A DNA stretch of 60,407 nt, the filler included, from Dugesia japonica (Eukaryota): assembly GCA_001938525.1 (NCBI GenBank). It is 5 parts of 5 records of this genome, joined end to end, with 100 filler letters (N's around TTAATTAATTAA, not from the genome) between each part and the next. Parts side by side here need not be neighbours in the genome. Positions count along the whole stretch, not along the records: positions 20,974 to 30,263 come from MQRL01628421.1; positions 30,364 to 42,216 come from MQRL01647430.1; 3 more parts are not named here. The stretch is one strand, 5' to 3'. The number at the start of each line of letters is the position of its first letter. Within the stretch, counting starts at the first letter, position 1. A program made the position numbers and the translations under genes. Below the pieces are notes generated by a model, which was given only the letters and a program-made list of their open reading frames with translations, did no database searches and had not been told where the DNA came from. Positions 23,487 through 37,699 of the stretch are shown piece by piece.

Positions 23487-23810
23487 CCGTGTTTTTCCAT
23501 ATATAAGGCATATATATTAGTAACCATATATATTAGTAGCCTTTAATTAAGAGAAAATCTTTTAAGATAAATATAAAAGTTTATAAATAAGCAAAAACTT
23601 AAAATTTTTAAGTTTATTCCAAAATTTATTCCAATATGACCATGTCATCACATTCTAATAAATCATATCGGTTCTGACAATTTAAACCTTGTAATTCTTG
23701 ACTCTCCAATTCAACTAAAACTAACGACCCCAACCTTTCATTTCTAGCCATAGCTGTTTCATATTCGGTTCGGCTTTAAATCCTACTAGGCCTTATATAT
23801 GGAAAACAAG
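23487..23810. mobile_element. pogo/Tigger-type MITE
   Basis: TA|CCGTGTTTTTCCATATATAAGGC...GCCTTATATATGGAAAACAAG|TA inverted repeats. Confidence 0.6.
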
Positions 23811-26155
23811 TAATTTATTGATTTTATTTTAAATTTAAAGTTAATTTAATTATTTCTTTTCATTTAATAGTAATTATTTTATATGTTATGTAATTAGTTT
23901 AATAATGATTTAAGAATTCTATTTTGATAACTTTTATTTTGATTTAATAATTTACTATTTGGATAAGTTCAATACATTTATAGTTAATTTGAATATACCT
24001 TATTTAAAAGTTTAAAAAGAAGTTTCAAACTTGTAAAGTTTAGTTAAATTGTAATATTTTAAATGGATTAATAGCAAATAATTTGATAATATAATAATAA
24101 TTTTAAAGTTATTTGAAATTCAAGTTAAATTGTGTTAATTTAAAATTTAAATAATTTACAAGACATCGTACTCTTAATTTAGACTCGTAATAAATGAGAC
24201 ACTGATTCATTTAAGTCAATGTAAGGTAATGAATTAATTTTTTATTTGAAATTATGTTTTGATAATTTCATGAAGAAACCACTCCAATATTGCAGTAATC
24301 ACACGAATTTTTTAATAAAACTTATTTTCAATAGTATATAATGTGAATAAATATTTTTTATTATGATTTTAACCATTTTTGTGTAATATTATTAATATTG
24401 TCAATATTATCCGGGGGAAGTAGTTAATTATCCAGGTGAACAGCTAATATTAACATTACCCAGGATTAACTAAATTTTAATAATATCCAGTAAAATTCAC
24501 TTAACTACCAACCACGCATGTTTCTGAAAAAACCCATAAAAACATCAATTTCACTTAATTTAAAACAAAAAGTCATTTAATTCATTTAATTTAACCAATA
24601 AATGAATTTCAGAGAATTGTGTAATGATGACATAATCATTATATAATAATTTATTGACGATTTCACCTTCGCGCATCGATCACGAAATAAACTGTTTACA
24701 TTTCTATCCCAGATGATATGTTTCACGTAATCACTTAAACCCAATCTGATTGGCTGGTGAGAGAGGAGTTGGTACAATGTGCTTATATCTATCTACTCAA
24801 AGTCTTTACTTCATCTTTCGTAAGCTAAATATACATATATTATCTCATTGTTTTTATTATAAAATTCCATTAGATTTACTGGGTAATATGTATTATTTAA
24901 TTGTATTTGAACAATTTTAAGATAATGTTCACCAAATTTTGAAGACTTAAATTATTATTCTTTGTATATGAAATTTCTGGATGTTTTACTACAAACAAAA
25001 TATATCTTGGTTTAAAGGCTAGATTATCAATCTTTAAACAAAAATGTTTTCCTGCTTCCATTGTAGTTACTGAAGTTATTGTAATTAAAGAACAGAATAG
25101 AATAAAAAGATGGTGAAGGACTTGGAACTCAAAATTAATAAGGTAATGCAGGATTACATCTTCAAAATAGAAAAATAATTTAAAAAAATAAAATATTTCA
25201 ATATTAAAATAAAAAAACCAATTAAAAAAATTCTGGAAATAAAAATACAGATAAAAATACTAAAAAAAATTTAGCAAACATAAAAGAAACTCAAGTGTAT
25301 TGAGATGGAAGAGATCCGGATCCAACATAATAAAAAATACCACCATCTCATGTACTGGGGTTTTGCTATTTTTCTAAAATTTTGTATATGTTTACTTCGT
25401 ATTTTTTTAATACAAAAATCCCTTATCTAATGAAAAATGTCTTTTAAGGAGACTTTTTGAAGGACGTTATTATTAATAATAATAATGAATATTTTTAAAT
25501 TTCTTTTATCAATGGTTTGAATTCTATTGACAAAAAACGAAAACATAAAAATTTAATTTGATGGCTAGACTATGTGAATATTAATAATCAATTTCCATGT
25601 CTTTTGCAGTTTATTTATTTTGTCAAAATTTAAATTAAAATTAAAGAAAAAGTTAATGCGTTGTTTCTATTTAAAAAAAAATATTCTATCAATGTCAATA
25701 TAAACACAATTTTGTCAGCAAATTTAAATAAGGAATTAGCTGTTTCCATGAATACATAATTAATGATGGATATGTCAATATGGTCAATAAGCTCTTATTG
25801 ATATTTCACATCAATTTATTTATATTTTAGGAGAATATTGCACTTAGATCTCATTTATTAGGACAAATATTTTGCCCATTTTCATATATTTCATTGTTTA
25901 TGTTTTTTTATGCATAATTATTAACAAACTATTTAAATTGGTTTGATTTTTTATTATTTATTTATTTTCAAATTATTTTTGATTTATCGGTAGTTATGGT
26001 TATTCTTCGTAGTTTTAAAGATTGGCAAAAAATAAAGAAAATAAACTCCAATGATTATTTTTTTATTTCTCAATAGTTTAGATTTGGATCAGATGACATT
26101 CAAATAACATCAGATAATTTGTATTTATAGATAATATTCAATGAATTGTTTATCT

Positions 26156-26344
26156 CATCGGTTACCAAACTTTTTAGACCAGGGAAAACTTTGCAAAAAC
26201 AATAATTCTGGAGGAACACTTTTTTTTATATACGGGATAGGATTTTATTTTATTAATCAGTTGGTATTTATTTTTCCTTCCGGAACACTTGTTGATCTTA
26301 AACAAAACAGCTATGTTCAACGGAACATCATTTAGGAACCATTG
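26156..26344. mobile_element. hAT MITE
   Basis: CATCGGTTACCAAAC...TTTAGGAACCATTG termini, GGAACAC internal motifs, 8-bp TSD GTTTATCT/GTTTATCC. Related copy at 53135-53280. Confidence 0.65.
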
Positions 26345-27059
26345 GTTTATCCGACAGCGGTATTTCAGGAATTAATTTAAAAATTAACAACATTTAAAAA
26401 ACTAGGATTTATATACGAATAAATAATTGGTTTAGAACAATTGTTGTCCAAGCCGTGTACCGTGACAAGTGTTCTTGTGAGTCGCGAACATTTTTGGAAA
26501 ATGCAAAAAAATACAGTTTTATTCTGGTCAAAAAATAAATCTTTACATACGTCATTAAAAATATTTAATTGAGAAATGAGTGACTTAGAGTTTCTTTGTC
26601 AAGAACTTAGCCCCAATTATAACTTATTTGTTCGAAACACTAGACTAAATCATCACTTTAAATTTCTTTTATGTTAAATTGTGTTACCATAGCAAAACCT
26701 TTAATAAAACTACAAATAAACTCAGCACCTAGTCCGCTACAGAATTAAGAAAAAATATAAATAATCACACCCATTTTTGGACATCTCTGTAGAAGCTACG
26801 GGTGGGCAACGTACGATTTCTTACATAAACAGAAATCTGAAGTGGACACCAACTGTATCTGTCAAAATTTGACGATACAGTGAGGTATAAAAAGAAATCA
26901 AAACCATTAAAAATCAGTCTTAAAAAGTCAATTATAGCTCTTGCTGATTCATTGTTAAAAATTGCAAGTAGTATTATTACGAACCTCATCGTCCTTGGCA
27001 AAGAGAAAGTAACTACTAATTAATTATCAATTATAATATTAAAATATCACAAAGTGAAT

Positions 27060-29930
27060 TAAAAAGAAGTGTACCGAGACGAGAACTGTTAGCTGCTGGC
27101 TCTGCTGACTAGAACGATCGTCACCTGCCGGTTATTTTCGCACGAGATCATCCACCTTGAATTTAGACAGTGTGAAAGTTGAATATTGTTGAGTTGATTA
27201 TGAGAAAGTTAGACTCCATATTGTGAGACGATGTTATGCAGATGAGAGAGATAAATATTTTTGAAATATATGCTTATGAAAGAGATCCCCATTGTTAAAC
27301 TATTATGATTATAAAAGAGACATATATTGTTGGGAGAAGTTAATAATGATGATGTTTTAAGATATAAATAGTGTTGAAAGATCTTGAGCGAAAGATGAGA
27401 AGTAATATGATGAGAGATAAATATTGTACATATGAGTGAGATAAATTGGTAAAAAGAATATCTATGAATTAATCATTAGCAACATGAATACGAAATTGAA
27501 CAGAAATACATGAGATAAGATGGTTTACTGTTAATAAGTGGTGGTTGAACTTCTTTTTAATCTTCGATAATTAATTTGATTCTGAGAAATGATAGATGAA
27601 CTTTCTTCTAATGATTATAATAAGATACTTTTGTGAACCTTATTATAAATAAAACTTTAATTGTAAAGTTTTATTTAAAGATAGCAGTTCGATATATAAT
27701 CATGATTTGTTTTTATTGTTTTTTGAACTCTAGAAATATGATTATGAATAGTTTTGTAGAATACTTATTTCAATTATTGATAATTTGATATATATGCATG
27801 ATCATTCTTTAAACATAATTGGATCACGTTATTAGTTCGGAATCTTACTGATGCATCATGAAACAGGAGGACCATTCGTCATTTGGAAAGAGATAGACTC
27901 TCAAACGAGATTAGACAATAATGCGGTAGTGACTTTATGACCACCTATAGAATTGAAAGTTTTGATTGAAACAAAAGTAATATGAAAAAAGTAGAAAGTA
28001 GACTCCTTCCATAATAACGAATGATCGAGATTCTGTTATAGTATTTATGTTTTATGAGTAAGAGATAATGTTCACGAAGAGAATACTCTGCAAAAATATT
28101 AAACTATTATTCAATGCAAAACTATTATTTGTATATAGTTTTAATAGTTCCATAATAGTTCCATAATACATGCTAGTATTATGGAACTCACTCATATCTG
28201 AGGATAAAGATTTGAAGCCATGGTGGATTATCCAGGATAGCCTCAGGCAAAAGAACAGACAAATGCTCGAGTTAAAAGAAAAGATCACTCAGCAGGAAGA
28301 CACACTCCAATAAAAGCTAAAGGTACTTGACACACTGAAATTAAAAGTGGATCAACCAACACCAACTGTGAGTGATATCAAAACAAGAGGGCGGAATTAC
28401 TCGTCGGAACCACAGAGCTTGCAAAACAACAACAACGCCTAATACAGACGATGCGTTCCACTCAAAAAGAGGCAGAAGAATACTCAAAGTTATCTGAGTG
28501 ACTGTCAACCAAAGTCGAGACGATTCTCCAACATATTCTGATACCATTGTACAAAACTGATAGTAGCCATGAAACCACAGTGTGATTGTGTTAAAATGCA
28601 ATACAGTTTTCATGTTAATTGACTTTTCTGTGTCAATAGCTAATATCCGAAAGAAGTGGTTCTCCTCTATGCACAAGAATTTGCAAAAGTGAAATTATAG
28701 AATTACAAAGGAAGAATACGCTCCTCAGAGAAAAGTATACGCGTCTGAAAAAAATGGATTTTGCCCTCTCGCAAACGTGTCGCGCGATGGCCGACATAAC
28801 GAAATCCTATGCAGATAGAGAAAGTGTGTTAATAGCAACTGAGCAGACGTTAACGTAAGTGTTAGGGTGAAACACCCGGTTTAAAAAGAAAATTATAACC
28901 CAGGGTTTAAATTAGAAACAATAAAGTAAAGAAAGGGAGGCAGAGAAACTAATTAGGAATATTTGTCATTTGGATAAAATTATAATGATTTAGAAAATTC
29001 GGAAGAAAATGCAAAATGAAGAAAGAAAATACCGGGTGGATAAAATATTAGCTCTAATTAATTCCAATAATTTAAGTAAGTATAATTTATTAACTAAAAA
29101 ACAAGAAAATTATCATTAAAAATAATGATTAATTAACAAGAAAATTAATTAATTTGTTTCAAAAAAGAAATTAAATGAAGAGAAAAATCGGTTTTTATAG
29201 GATATCATCACTCTGGAAGATCACAGAAAATCCAAACAAGAAAACTTGGAAAGAGGAAGTCACCGGGCAACTAAATTCTGTACCAAAAAAGTGTAGTACC
29301 AACAGAAGGCTCTAGAAAAGGAGTTGAAGAATAGACTGATGAGGGGTCAGAAAATAAATGAAAAACAAAGGAACGTAAATCAACTGGTGTCCTAAAAATA
29401 GGCACCAATAGAACAAACAGAATTGGCAGAAAAAAGCTAAAAATTATGCCATGGGCCAATGCGAGTCGGAGAAAATAAATTTTAAAATAACAACCGGTCA
29501 GATTCAAGCAGTGATGCTAAGCAGAGGGTATATAAACCCGGGTGAAAAAGTGAAACTTAACTTATAAAAATTTACAATATATTGGTTAATTAATCCTGTG
29601 AAACCGAAAGCAAAGTAATTCATTAACGACAACTAGGTATTGGAAAATTTATTTATCAGTTATATTTAGGAGAAGATTAAAAAAGGGAAAACTTTCAGTT
29701 CAACTCAGTGGAAAACGGTTTAGAAAACATCAATTCAAACAGAAAACCCAAATCAGTATCATCAAACCTTTTGCAGAATCACTTACCTTAATAATGTGTA
29801 ACTGTTTGTATTTTAAATATTATGTCAAATAATAAAGTTAATCAAATTCTTACCAAAAAAATCTTTTTTTTGTTTGTCATGAATAATAAAATGAAAATTT
29901 CAATATTTGACAATAATTTTTATAACAACA
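27060..29930 (+). mobile_element. Probable decayed LTR-element internal region plus LTR-like segment
   Basis: Purine-rich strand, a degenerate coiled-coil frame near 28230-28450, and a TGTTA (28860)...TAACA (~29926) segment with TATA and AATAAA. No TSD or second LTR found. Confidence 0.3.
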
Positions 29931-30363
29931 TTACAGGAATTATTTTTTATTTGACTTCAAACACTCCCGATTAATTGCATTACAATGACGAGACAGATTT
30001 TCATTCAGTGCAATAAATGATCTCCGATTTCTGATGCCGAATAATTCCAGTACTTTCCATGATTTCACTCATTTAATTCACTAGTAGAAAAAGATTGTAA
30101 GAGTTCAGGCAGTTATCACAACAGCAATCAGCACGTCGCATCGTTACCCACAATTCTGATTTTAACCACATTAATTCGATGCAAGTCGTGCCAATTAGGT
30201 ATTAGAGAATTAAACACTTACAACATTAACTAAGACATACTAGTAAAGAGTATTCAGTGATGANNNNNNNNNNNNNNNNNNNNNNNNNNNNNNNNNNNNN
30301 NNNNNNNTTAATTAATTAANNNNNNNNNNNNNNNNNNNNNNNNNNNNNNNNNNNNNNNNNNNN

Positions 30364-30427
<64 letters not shown>

Positions 30428-30433
30428 GTTATT
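30364..30433. repeat. (ATT)n microsatellite (others at ~46236, ~55013, ~55983-56139)
   Basis: Direct trinucleotide repeats. Confidence 0.95.
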
Positions 30434-30599
30434 ATCTAACAGGAAATGTAAAGGAAATATTTAGTTCCATGATGATAAGCAGTGTACACAATTTTGAACA
30501 TTTTTTATAAACACAGTAATCTCCATGACTATAACACTGTCAGAAAATATTTTCCGGTTATTGCTCATAGTTATTGCTCACCACCAATTGAATTATAGT

Positions 30600-31340
30600 T
30601 GTCAATACGAAGACTCGGGAAACAGTGTTTGAGTGTTAATCTTTTTTACATTTACATAAAACAATAAATTATCAAGAATTGCTTTTAGTTCAACAAGGAT
30701 TTGAATTGGATCAAACTTGAAATCACCATCAATCCGTCTGAAATGATGACGTCATAACCTCGAGTACTCTCGCTTTTAGTAATAGCGGCTGATCAACTGC
30801 AAAGTCTGGATTCAATACGAATGTGAAAGAGTAATAAATCTTTAAAAATACTTCGTAATAATATCATTGTTTCGATGCACAATTAGCAGACCGATGTTAC
30901 GATTAATTGATCGCACATAGGCTTCGGTATAATCATTGGACCACCTTTATCATCAAAATTAGTAGTATAATCAATGTTTCTTGAATGACGTGGACTATAC
31001 ACAATAATTTCAGAAAGTTGAACAAACGAGTCATATTCACCAATTGCTTGAAAGACAATCAAAACAAATTTTATTAATCGACAAATTAACTTTATGCAGC
31101 AAAATTTTTGGTTGCTTAAATAAATCCAATCAATGTCGTACAGAGAGTCAGCTATGCAGACTTATTTGCCAACCTTTTTCTAACTTCTTTATGATAACCA
31201 ATGAATTCAAGAAACGTGTTTACGTATCAATTTCAAAATTTAACTGTTTCAATTATCATCTTTTACATGTATGCATTATTTTTATCTTCGACGTTCACAT
31301 TTTTTAGCGTTAATGATATTTGATTGAATAGTTTTTTTAT
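30600..31340 (-). pseudogene. Maverick/Polinton (adintovirus-like) major capsid protein remnant
   Basis: KLFNQISLTLKNVNVEDKNNAYM*KMIIETV, LDLFKQPKILLHKVNLSI, IDGDFKFDP and LFYVNVKKINTQTLFP, in the same order as Maverick MCP motifs SLFSQVDV.LN...NNTYPYRAYIETL, LDLFNQ.RLLLNGVDL.I, FNG.Y..NPF and VYVDG..IP..PL.P. Confidence 0.55.
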
Positions 31341-31659
31341 CTGTGTGAGAAAATAACCAGCTTTCCTGAGTCACTGCGTTTGTTCAATTATATTTTGTTA
31401 AAAGGTGATGGAGAAATATGTGGCTCCAATGGATTACAACTTATTAAACGAGTGCTTGTTACTATCAACCTATTTGCTCTCGAAAGTAGAACCAAAATGT
31501 CTTCAACAAATATTCCGTTGACTATCGACGAGTAAATATAGAAATGTCTAATACTATCGAATAATTTAACTATTTATTTATTTTTCTTCTTCCATATATT
31601 TGTAGAATTTTGCAAAGAGTAGACAGAGAAATAGCGTAAGATGTTCATCATATGATACA

Positions 31660-31833
31660 TAATCAATAAAAATAAAGAAAAAGCTTCGATCAAAATAAAA
31701 TATATTATCTTCTACAATTGTCGAAAATTTGAATATCTATAAAAATACATTTTATTTTGATTGAAGCTTTTTATTTATTTTAATGAAATCTCAAATGCGA
31801 TCAATGTTTAAGTCCAACAATTATTCTTGCAAT
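31660..31833 (+). mobile_element. Second copy of the hammerhead-element family (ribozyme core deleted)
   Basis: Inverted repeat AAGCTTCGATCAAAATAAAAT / ATTTTATTTTGATTGAAGCTT around ACAATTGTCGAAA, plus the terminus ATCAATGTTTAAGTCCAACAATTATTCTTGCAATA. Confidence 0.6.
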
Positions 31834-32486
31834 AATCAATATGGTCTATCAATTTAAATGACAAATTCAAATTTCGAATCTAATATAAATTCTGCAAATA
31901 TTTTGCAACATGCTTTTAAAAAGTATGCAACTAAAGTATTTGATAACCATTAATTCATTTTCAAATTCACAGCAGAATCAATAATTTTCTTGGTAGCAGA
32001 CTCTGTAGCAGCCTCTAGCTTCAATGAACAGATTTAAAATCGGTAAAAGTGCCCAAACAAATCCATTTCCATTTTGTCTTTGGAACCATAATATACTTCC
32101 TTTTTTTATTTCTTATCTTGAAATTGCTCTGGGTGATTTGTAAAAATAAATAATCACGTTAATGTTCCTTATGGGACAACAAACAAGATATATTTGACTA
32201 TCAATTAAATGTTGTATGACGAATTAAAATATAATTAGTTTTTGTTTAAAGATAATTATTGATTATTTTTATAAATATGTTTTTACTATTATTTGATGTA
32301 AATATATTATTATCACCTTTAATTTATTATTTAAAAAACCAAATTCTCACAAAATTATGAAATTTCACACTAATCGAAATTTCATACCAGTGTTGAGAAA
32401 TCGCGATTGGTCTCGACCCTACTTATCTACCTACTTATGGAACACACTAGAAAAGAGTAAAATGAAATAAAAACATTTATATTTAC

Positions 32487-34261
32487 TTTTCTAAAAACAA
32501 GTATTGGTAAGATATTCCAAAAACAGCTGCAACCCAGGTCATCCATAAAAATGTATCGCCAACTTTCTGATGAAAATGTCGCAAAACAAGCCTAAGAATA
32601 GTTTAATTTTAGATTCTCAAAATTTTATTCTACTTACCAAGGTGTATAAGATGTAGCAATAAATATATAAATTACTGTTCTGTCTCCAACATGAAAAATT
32701 TGTTTTAACTTTCTTAATATTGAAGATTTAATTAATAAACATGTTAAACATTATTTTTATAAAATATAAAAATATGTAAATCAAATGAAAATTAGTAGAA
32801 ATTGCACAAGAATAATTATAAACTCTGACTCAGACCAAATAATAAGTAATTAAAACAATTATTTTATACTTAAAAAAAACTTACAACTAAACATCATTTG
32901 ACGCGAACCCATAATCAGAAGTTGGAATTGATAATAAGGAGTGTTTTGAAACATTTTAAAATTGACGACCGTTCAATATGAACAATTAAGAGCATTAAAA
33001 TAAATTGGATAAAAAATAATTTGCACAACATTGCAACAAATAACCACCGTTACACATTTAGAATAAATTGACTATAAAAATGGCTGGATGATGAAAGATA
33101 CCTAAAAAATCGTGAAATTTTGTATATTGACAAACATTTATGAAAAAAGACTTCTTTCTCAATAGTTTTCTTGCAGTCGGAGGTTTAGAAAAGAGCATTC
33201 ATTATAAAACTTATAAAGAGACTACTTTGTAAGTTTCGCATAACACCTTTTTATTTTTGCATGGATTAACTATCAGCCTCTATTTATCCAAAGGTATTAC
33301 TGAATGATAAAACCAATAGATATTCTACTATTTTTAAAACAATTTTTTCCCCACTAAAATTGCTGGGCCTCTAAATATGTGGAGTCAAAGACGGTGGCCT
33401 CAATTGATTCACCTGGTAAAATATTAAATATTAACTATTAATTCGATTACGAAAAGTTATGATTTAAGACTTTATTGTTAATTTTATTTCTGTCTGCCAT
33501 AAAAATAATCAAATTGTGTAAATTTATTAGAATTCCAACTAATATAAGATTGTATCTTTTTGAAGTAATTCGGTTTTTACCGTCATTTGGGTTAAAATGA
33601 TTATTAATGCAAAATCATTTTACATCAGGGGGATTTAGTGCGTATTTATTATTAGCTCAATTCAATTCTACATGGAAAAAATGCATTTATTTTTTGAACA
33701 AACTTTAAAATCCATGTTTTTATTTTATAAATTCACTAAAGTGTAAAATAATTTAATAACTGATAAATAAAAAACCAGATCATAATTTCCATTTGGAAAT
33801 ATTTTAACCAAATATTTTATATTATGTTTTATTTTTACGTTAAATTTTTGATTATAATTTCACATAACTGAACATTTGATGACATAACACTAATAAGTTC
33901 TTTCAGAACTAGAGAAGCATATTAAGTGATTAAAAATTAAACTTACTGATATTTTCCACTAAAAGACAAGACATGGAATATGGTAGAAGTAGCAAATAAA
34001 CATATTACACCCAAGCAATAAATGAACACGACAATTTTTTCTTTTTCATTTGTGGCTTTTTTAAATAAGTGAACAGAGGCAAATAAGCTGGGTATTACAA
34101 GTAAAAAATGAGTAACAACATTGGCTGTGTGTTCATATGATGTAGGAACATATGATTCACCTGGTTTTGCTTTAGGATTCATTAATCTTAATTAAATAAA
34201 TATTTTACATTGAGTCTGATTATATTTTAACAAACTTAAATGATTTTGAACATGTAATCAT
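32487..34261 (-). CDS. MMD: MMD/PAQR (hemolysin-III family) membrane protein, 5' exons: 34236-34261 (tentative), 33947-34186, 32638-32712, 32487-32591
   Basis: Spliced translation LMNPKAKPGESYVPTSYEHTANVVTH...IYCLGVICLFATSTIFH...FHVGDRTVIYIFIATSYTPWLVLR...W..AAVFGISYQYLFLEK matches MMD/MMD2 motifs. GT-AG introns with consistent phase 2, including 46-bp and 49-bp introns. 3' exons not found. Confidence 0.9.
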
Positions 34262-35659
34262 TACTATTTCATTGTTTATTTTAAATAAAATTCATATTGA
34301 ATGAAATAAGATTGATATTTTAAAACAAACATTAAAAGGTCGATAATGTNNNNNNNNNNNNNNNNNNNNNNNNNNNNNNNNNNNAAAAAAATTAGGATTG
34401 GTGAAATTTTTTAGTCTTTTGAAGTGAAAGAAAACAGCAATAAAAGTTTTTCTTTAATTTATGAGAATTATGCCAAAATTTTAATTAAAAAATGGAAATT
34501 AAACAATTGAATTTAATTGTTTTTTCTTTATAAATGTTTTGGTATTATGATATATTTGAACACATCAACTTTATAAATTCCGCTTTTCATAGATTTCTCA
34601 ATTATTATTCGTTTTCTCTTTGGCAACTTCATGATTATGTAAATTGAGATAACTCATATATTATAACAGTTCTGTGTAACTCTTGTGAGATTAAGATATC
34701 ATTTTTCCTTTATGATAAGCATATGAAAATGATAAGAACTAGGCGCCTAAGCTTTATAAATATTTGGTTTTAGGGTGTCCACTACCGAAGTACTAAAAAT
34801 CCTTGATATATTAATCCTTACATTAAGTAAAGATACTTGAAAATAGCGTTGAAAGATATTTCATTAAGGAATGTGAGGCGAGATAAAACTGCCTGGAGAG
34901 AATTATCAACTTTGGAATGAAAGTATTCAGATATTGTTATTCTAACATTATATGTAAGTTTTCTATTTTTGGAAATTTTTTGACTGTAAATATCAGTTTC
35001 TTTCAGTACATCTTTCTTTGACAAAACTATATTAAGTAATGCTTTTAGATGTGCATGCAGGCCACCAATACTGCCTCCATTACATTTAATTACTTTACTT
35101 CACTTTGGGAGATTACATTTTTCTACGTTTTATTTATTTTTCCACGAAGAAAATAGAACTAAACAGAATTTTAATCATCGGCCTTAATGGTTTTTTGAAT
35201 TCCTGATCCTGACTATTCATAGCTACTATGAAAAGTATTTAAACTAAAATACATATAACATTAAAACTAACATTGATCCTCACAAATATAATCAATTTTT
35301 TAAGTATTTTAAAATTGTAAAAATTATGAAAATTGTTGGCTGGAACTTGAGAACCCGTTTCGAAATCAAATTTAAATGATATTAAAGAGTAAAAAGTCTA
35401 ATGAATGAAAACTAGTAACTTGTTGAGAATGGTATCGAGATGTAATCAAGTACTAAGTCGGAATATCATTATTTATACTGGTTTTATTAAATTATGAAGA
35501 ATATTAAGAGTATTGTATGTTGAATTCAAAATGTAGATTTTAATATAACATAAATAATATTAAAATTATTATTATGATAATTGCCAGCTGTATAAATAAT
35601 TAATTGAATGTAGTTTTGATTTTTATTATTTTTATTATTATTACCATTATTATTGTTTT

Positions 35660-36000
35660 GATTTTACCTAGGAAGCTCAATTTTAATGCAGATCAAACAT
35701 GGCCTAGCAAAATCTCCACAAAGAATTTGATCACATGTTTACTCTCTAGATGTTCAGAATGGAGCCGGTGACTCGTAACCGGCAGTTTGAGTGCATACAC
35801 GCATTCTTTTGGTTTGGGTTCACACTTCAAAATACTCGGTATAATTTATGAGGCACACTTAACCCTTATTGTTTATCATTCATTAGGGATGGTCACAAAG
35901 TTTCTGAATTTTAATCGTGAAACTATATCTGGCAATTATTACTCGCGACCTTACCCCATCGTCGATAGTTTATAATTTTGTGATTCAGAAAAGAGAAAAT
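35660..36000 (+). pseudogene. Possible non-LTR (RTE-like) RT C-terminal remnant
   Basis: FYLGSSI..IKHGLAKS and KILGIIYEAHLT resemble the YLGS..I..RIAKA and RILGI.W.D..TN motifs. Heavily decayed. Confidence 0.3.
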
Positions 36001-36230
36001 CAAGCCTCTTGTTCCTAATTCATTACAATGTTGATTTTCATTTTATTATCGTGGATCAGTATTGGCATCAAGACATACTCATACGCCATCAATTATTATC
36101 ACTACCACTTATTGCGTAATCTTATTATCGTTAATCACCAACATTAACTATTAATATTACTTCTTATAGTTTTCATTATTAACGCTATTACCATTATTAT
36201 TACCGATATCATTATCATCACCATTAAAAT

Positions 36231-36460
36231 TGTCAGGATAAGTAAATGAATATTTTAAGTTTTAATTTNNNNNNNNNNNNNNNNNNNNNNNNNNNNNNNN
36301 NNNNNAAGTTGTTTAAATATTCAGAGTGCTTGACAGAAGATTGAAAATCAAATAAAAAGAGTAAATAATTAAAAGGTGGAATTTCTAATTGTTTTAGAAT
36401 AAATATGTGAAAGTATGACTGACTATTTACTGAATGAGCACGTATGCCCTATTTCTAATA
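36231..36460 (+). repeat. 5' LTR
   Basis: TGTCAGGATAAG...TTTCTAATA, direct repeat of 40559-40788. Confidence 0.95.
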
Positions 36461-36473
36461 TGGTGGCAGCGGT
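36461..36473 (+). promoter_or_regulatory. Primer binding site, tRNA-Leu
   Basis: TGGTGGCAGCGGT is complementary to the tRNA-Leu 3' end ACCGCTGCCACCA. Confidence 0.85.
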
Positions 36474-36501
36474 TAATACAGATAGTATTACGGACCATCT
36501 T

Positions 36502-37514
36502 ATGTCTGATATCTACAGAAGACATGATGACATAGAAAAATTGATATGCAAGTGCGAAATGTATTTCGGCGTCAAAGGAATTAACAATAAAAAAAGATCA
36601 GGAATGGTTTGTAACGTGTTTGATAGAAGAGGAACTAGTTGGGAAGTATATTGAATTATTTAAAAAACAGAAGTATTCCAGGATCGACTTCACATAGCTT
36701 TTGGAAAGGAAAAAAGCATGATACGGGATTTCAGAGAACTATTAGATTTCAAACGAAATCATGAAGATGTGGAAACATATATTTCCAAAGTAGAAGAATT
36801 GATAAATAACTTATTTTCAAATAAAATTTTATACAAGAAAACATGGTGGCAAAGATGCTGATTCACTGTGCAGGCGATAGACGCGCAGAAGAAGTACTCC
36901 TTAGGAAAATAAATGAAGTTAATGGCATTAAAGAAACTTTGAGATCGTTAGAGAAACTGAAGAATAAAAGAGAACAAATTAATGTAGTTCAAAGCAGTCC
37001 AAAAGAAACGGTAAGATTTAATCAGACAGCTCGAAATGTGGATAGAAAACAACAACATAGTTGGTTAAAGTCTAATGATATATTTAGATGTTGGGAATGT
37101 GATAAAAAAAAAGGCCATAGTCGCCGAGAATGTCCGATGAGAAGACAAATGAAATGCTGGACGTGCGAAAAAGAAGGTCATATTAGTCGAGACTGCAGAG
37201 AAAATCAGATGAGACGATGCTTTTGATGTGAATTAAAGGGACACATTTTTAGAGAATGTAAAGAAACAACCAGCAATCAGACGAAGAACGAGGTTAGATC
37301 AAATATGTTGAACAGTAATGGAGGAATGAATCGAACTTATTATGACAACAAGAGAGTTAATGGATTTTAAAATATTAGATGTGCACCATTACATGTGATT
37401 CAGGAAGACTAAGAGCAAGGATTAAGTTATGAAAAGGATGGAGAAGATGAGAGATGAAGATTCCCAAATGTAGAGGCTCCGACAGTAGAGGAGCTAGTTG
37501 GAGCTGCATATTAA
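36502..37514 (+). pseudogene. gag: gag with three CCHC knuckles
   Basis: CWECDKKKGHSRREC, CWTCEKEGHISRDC, CF*CELKGHIFREC. Confidence 0.88.
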
Positions 37515-37699
37515 CTGGAAGTTAAATGGTATATCCTCAGGGAGTGGAGAAGTGAGAAGATGTGAATGCGATTGGAGAGAAAGTATTTAATTTTATGAAA
37601 AATGAGTGGTAGAAGTAGATAAGAGAGATGGAAAATGTTGGAGATAAAGAGACAAGCAGAGGCAGTAATTGAGTATGATGTATTTCAGGGTAGACAGGG

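Noticed and set aside
24586-24777. Possible Tc1/IS630 DDE remnant (QPIRLGLSDYVKHII..RNV)
   Set aside because: Similarity to the NPIE..W..VK motif is too weak and no TIRs were identified.
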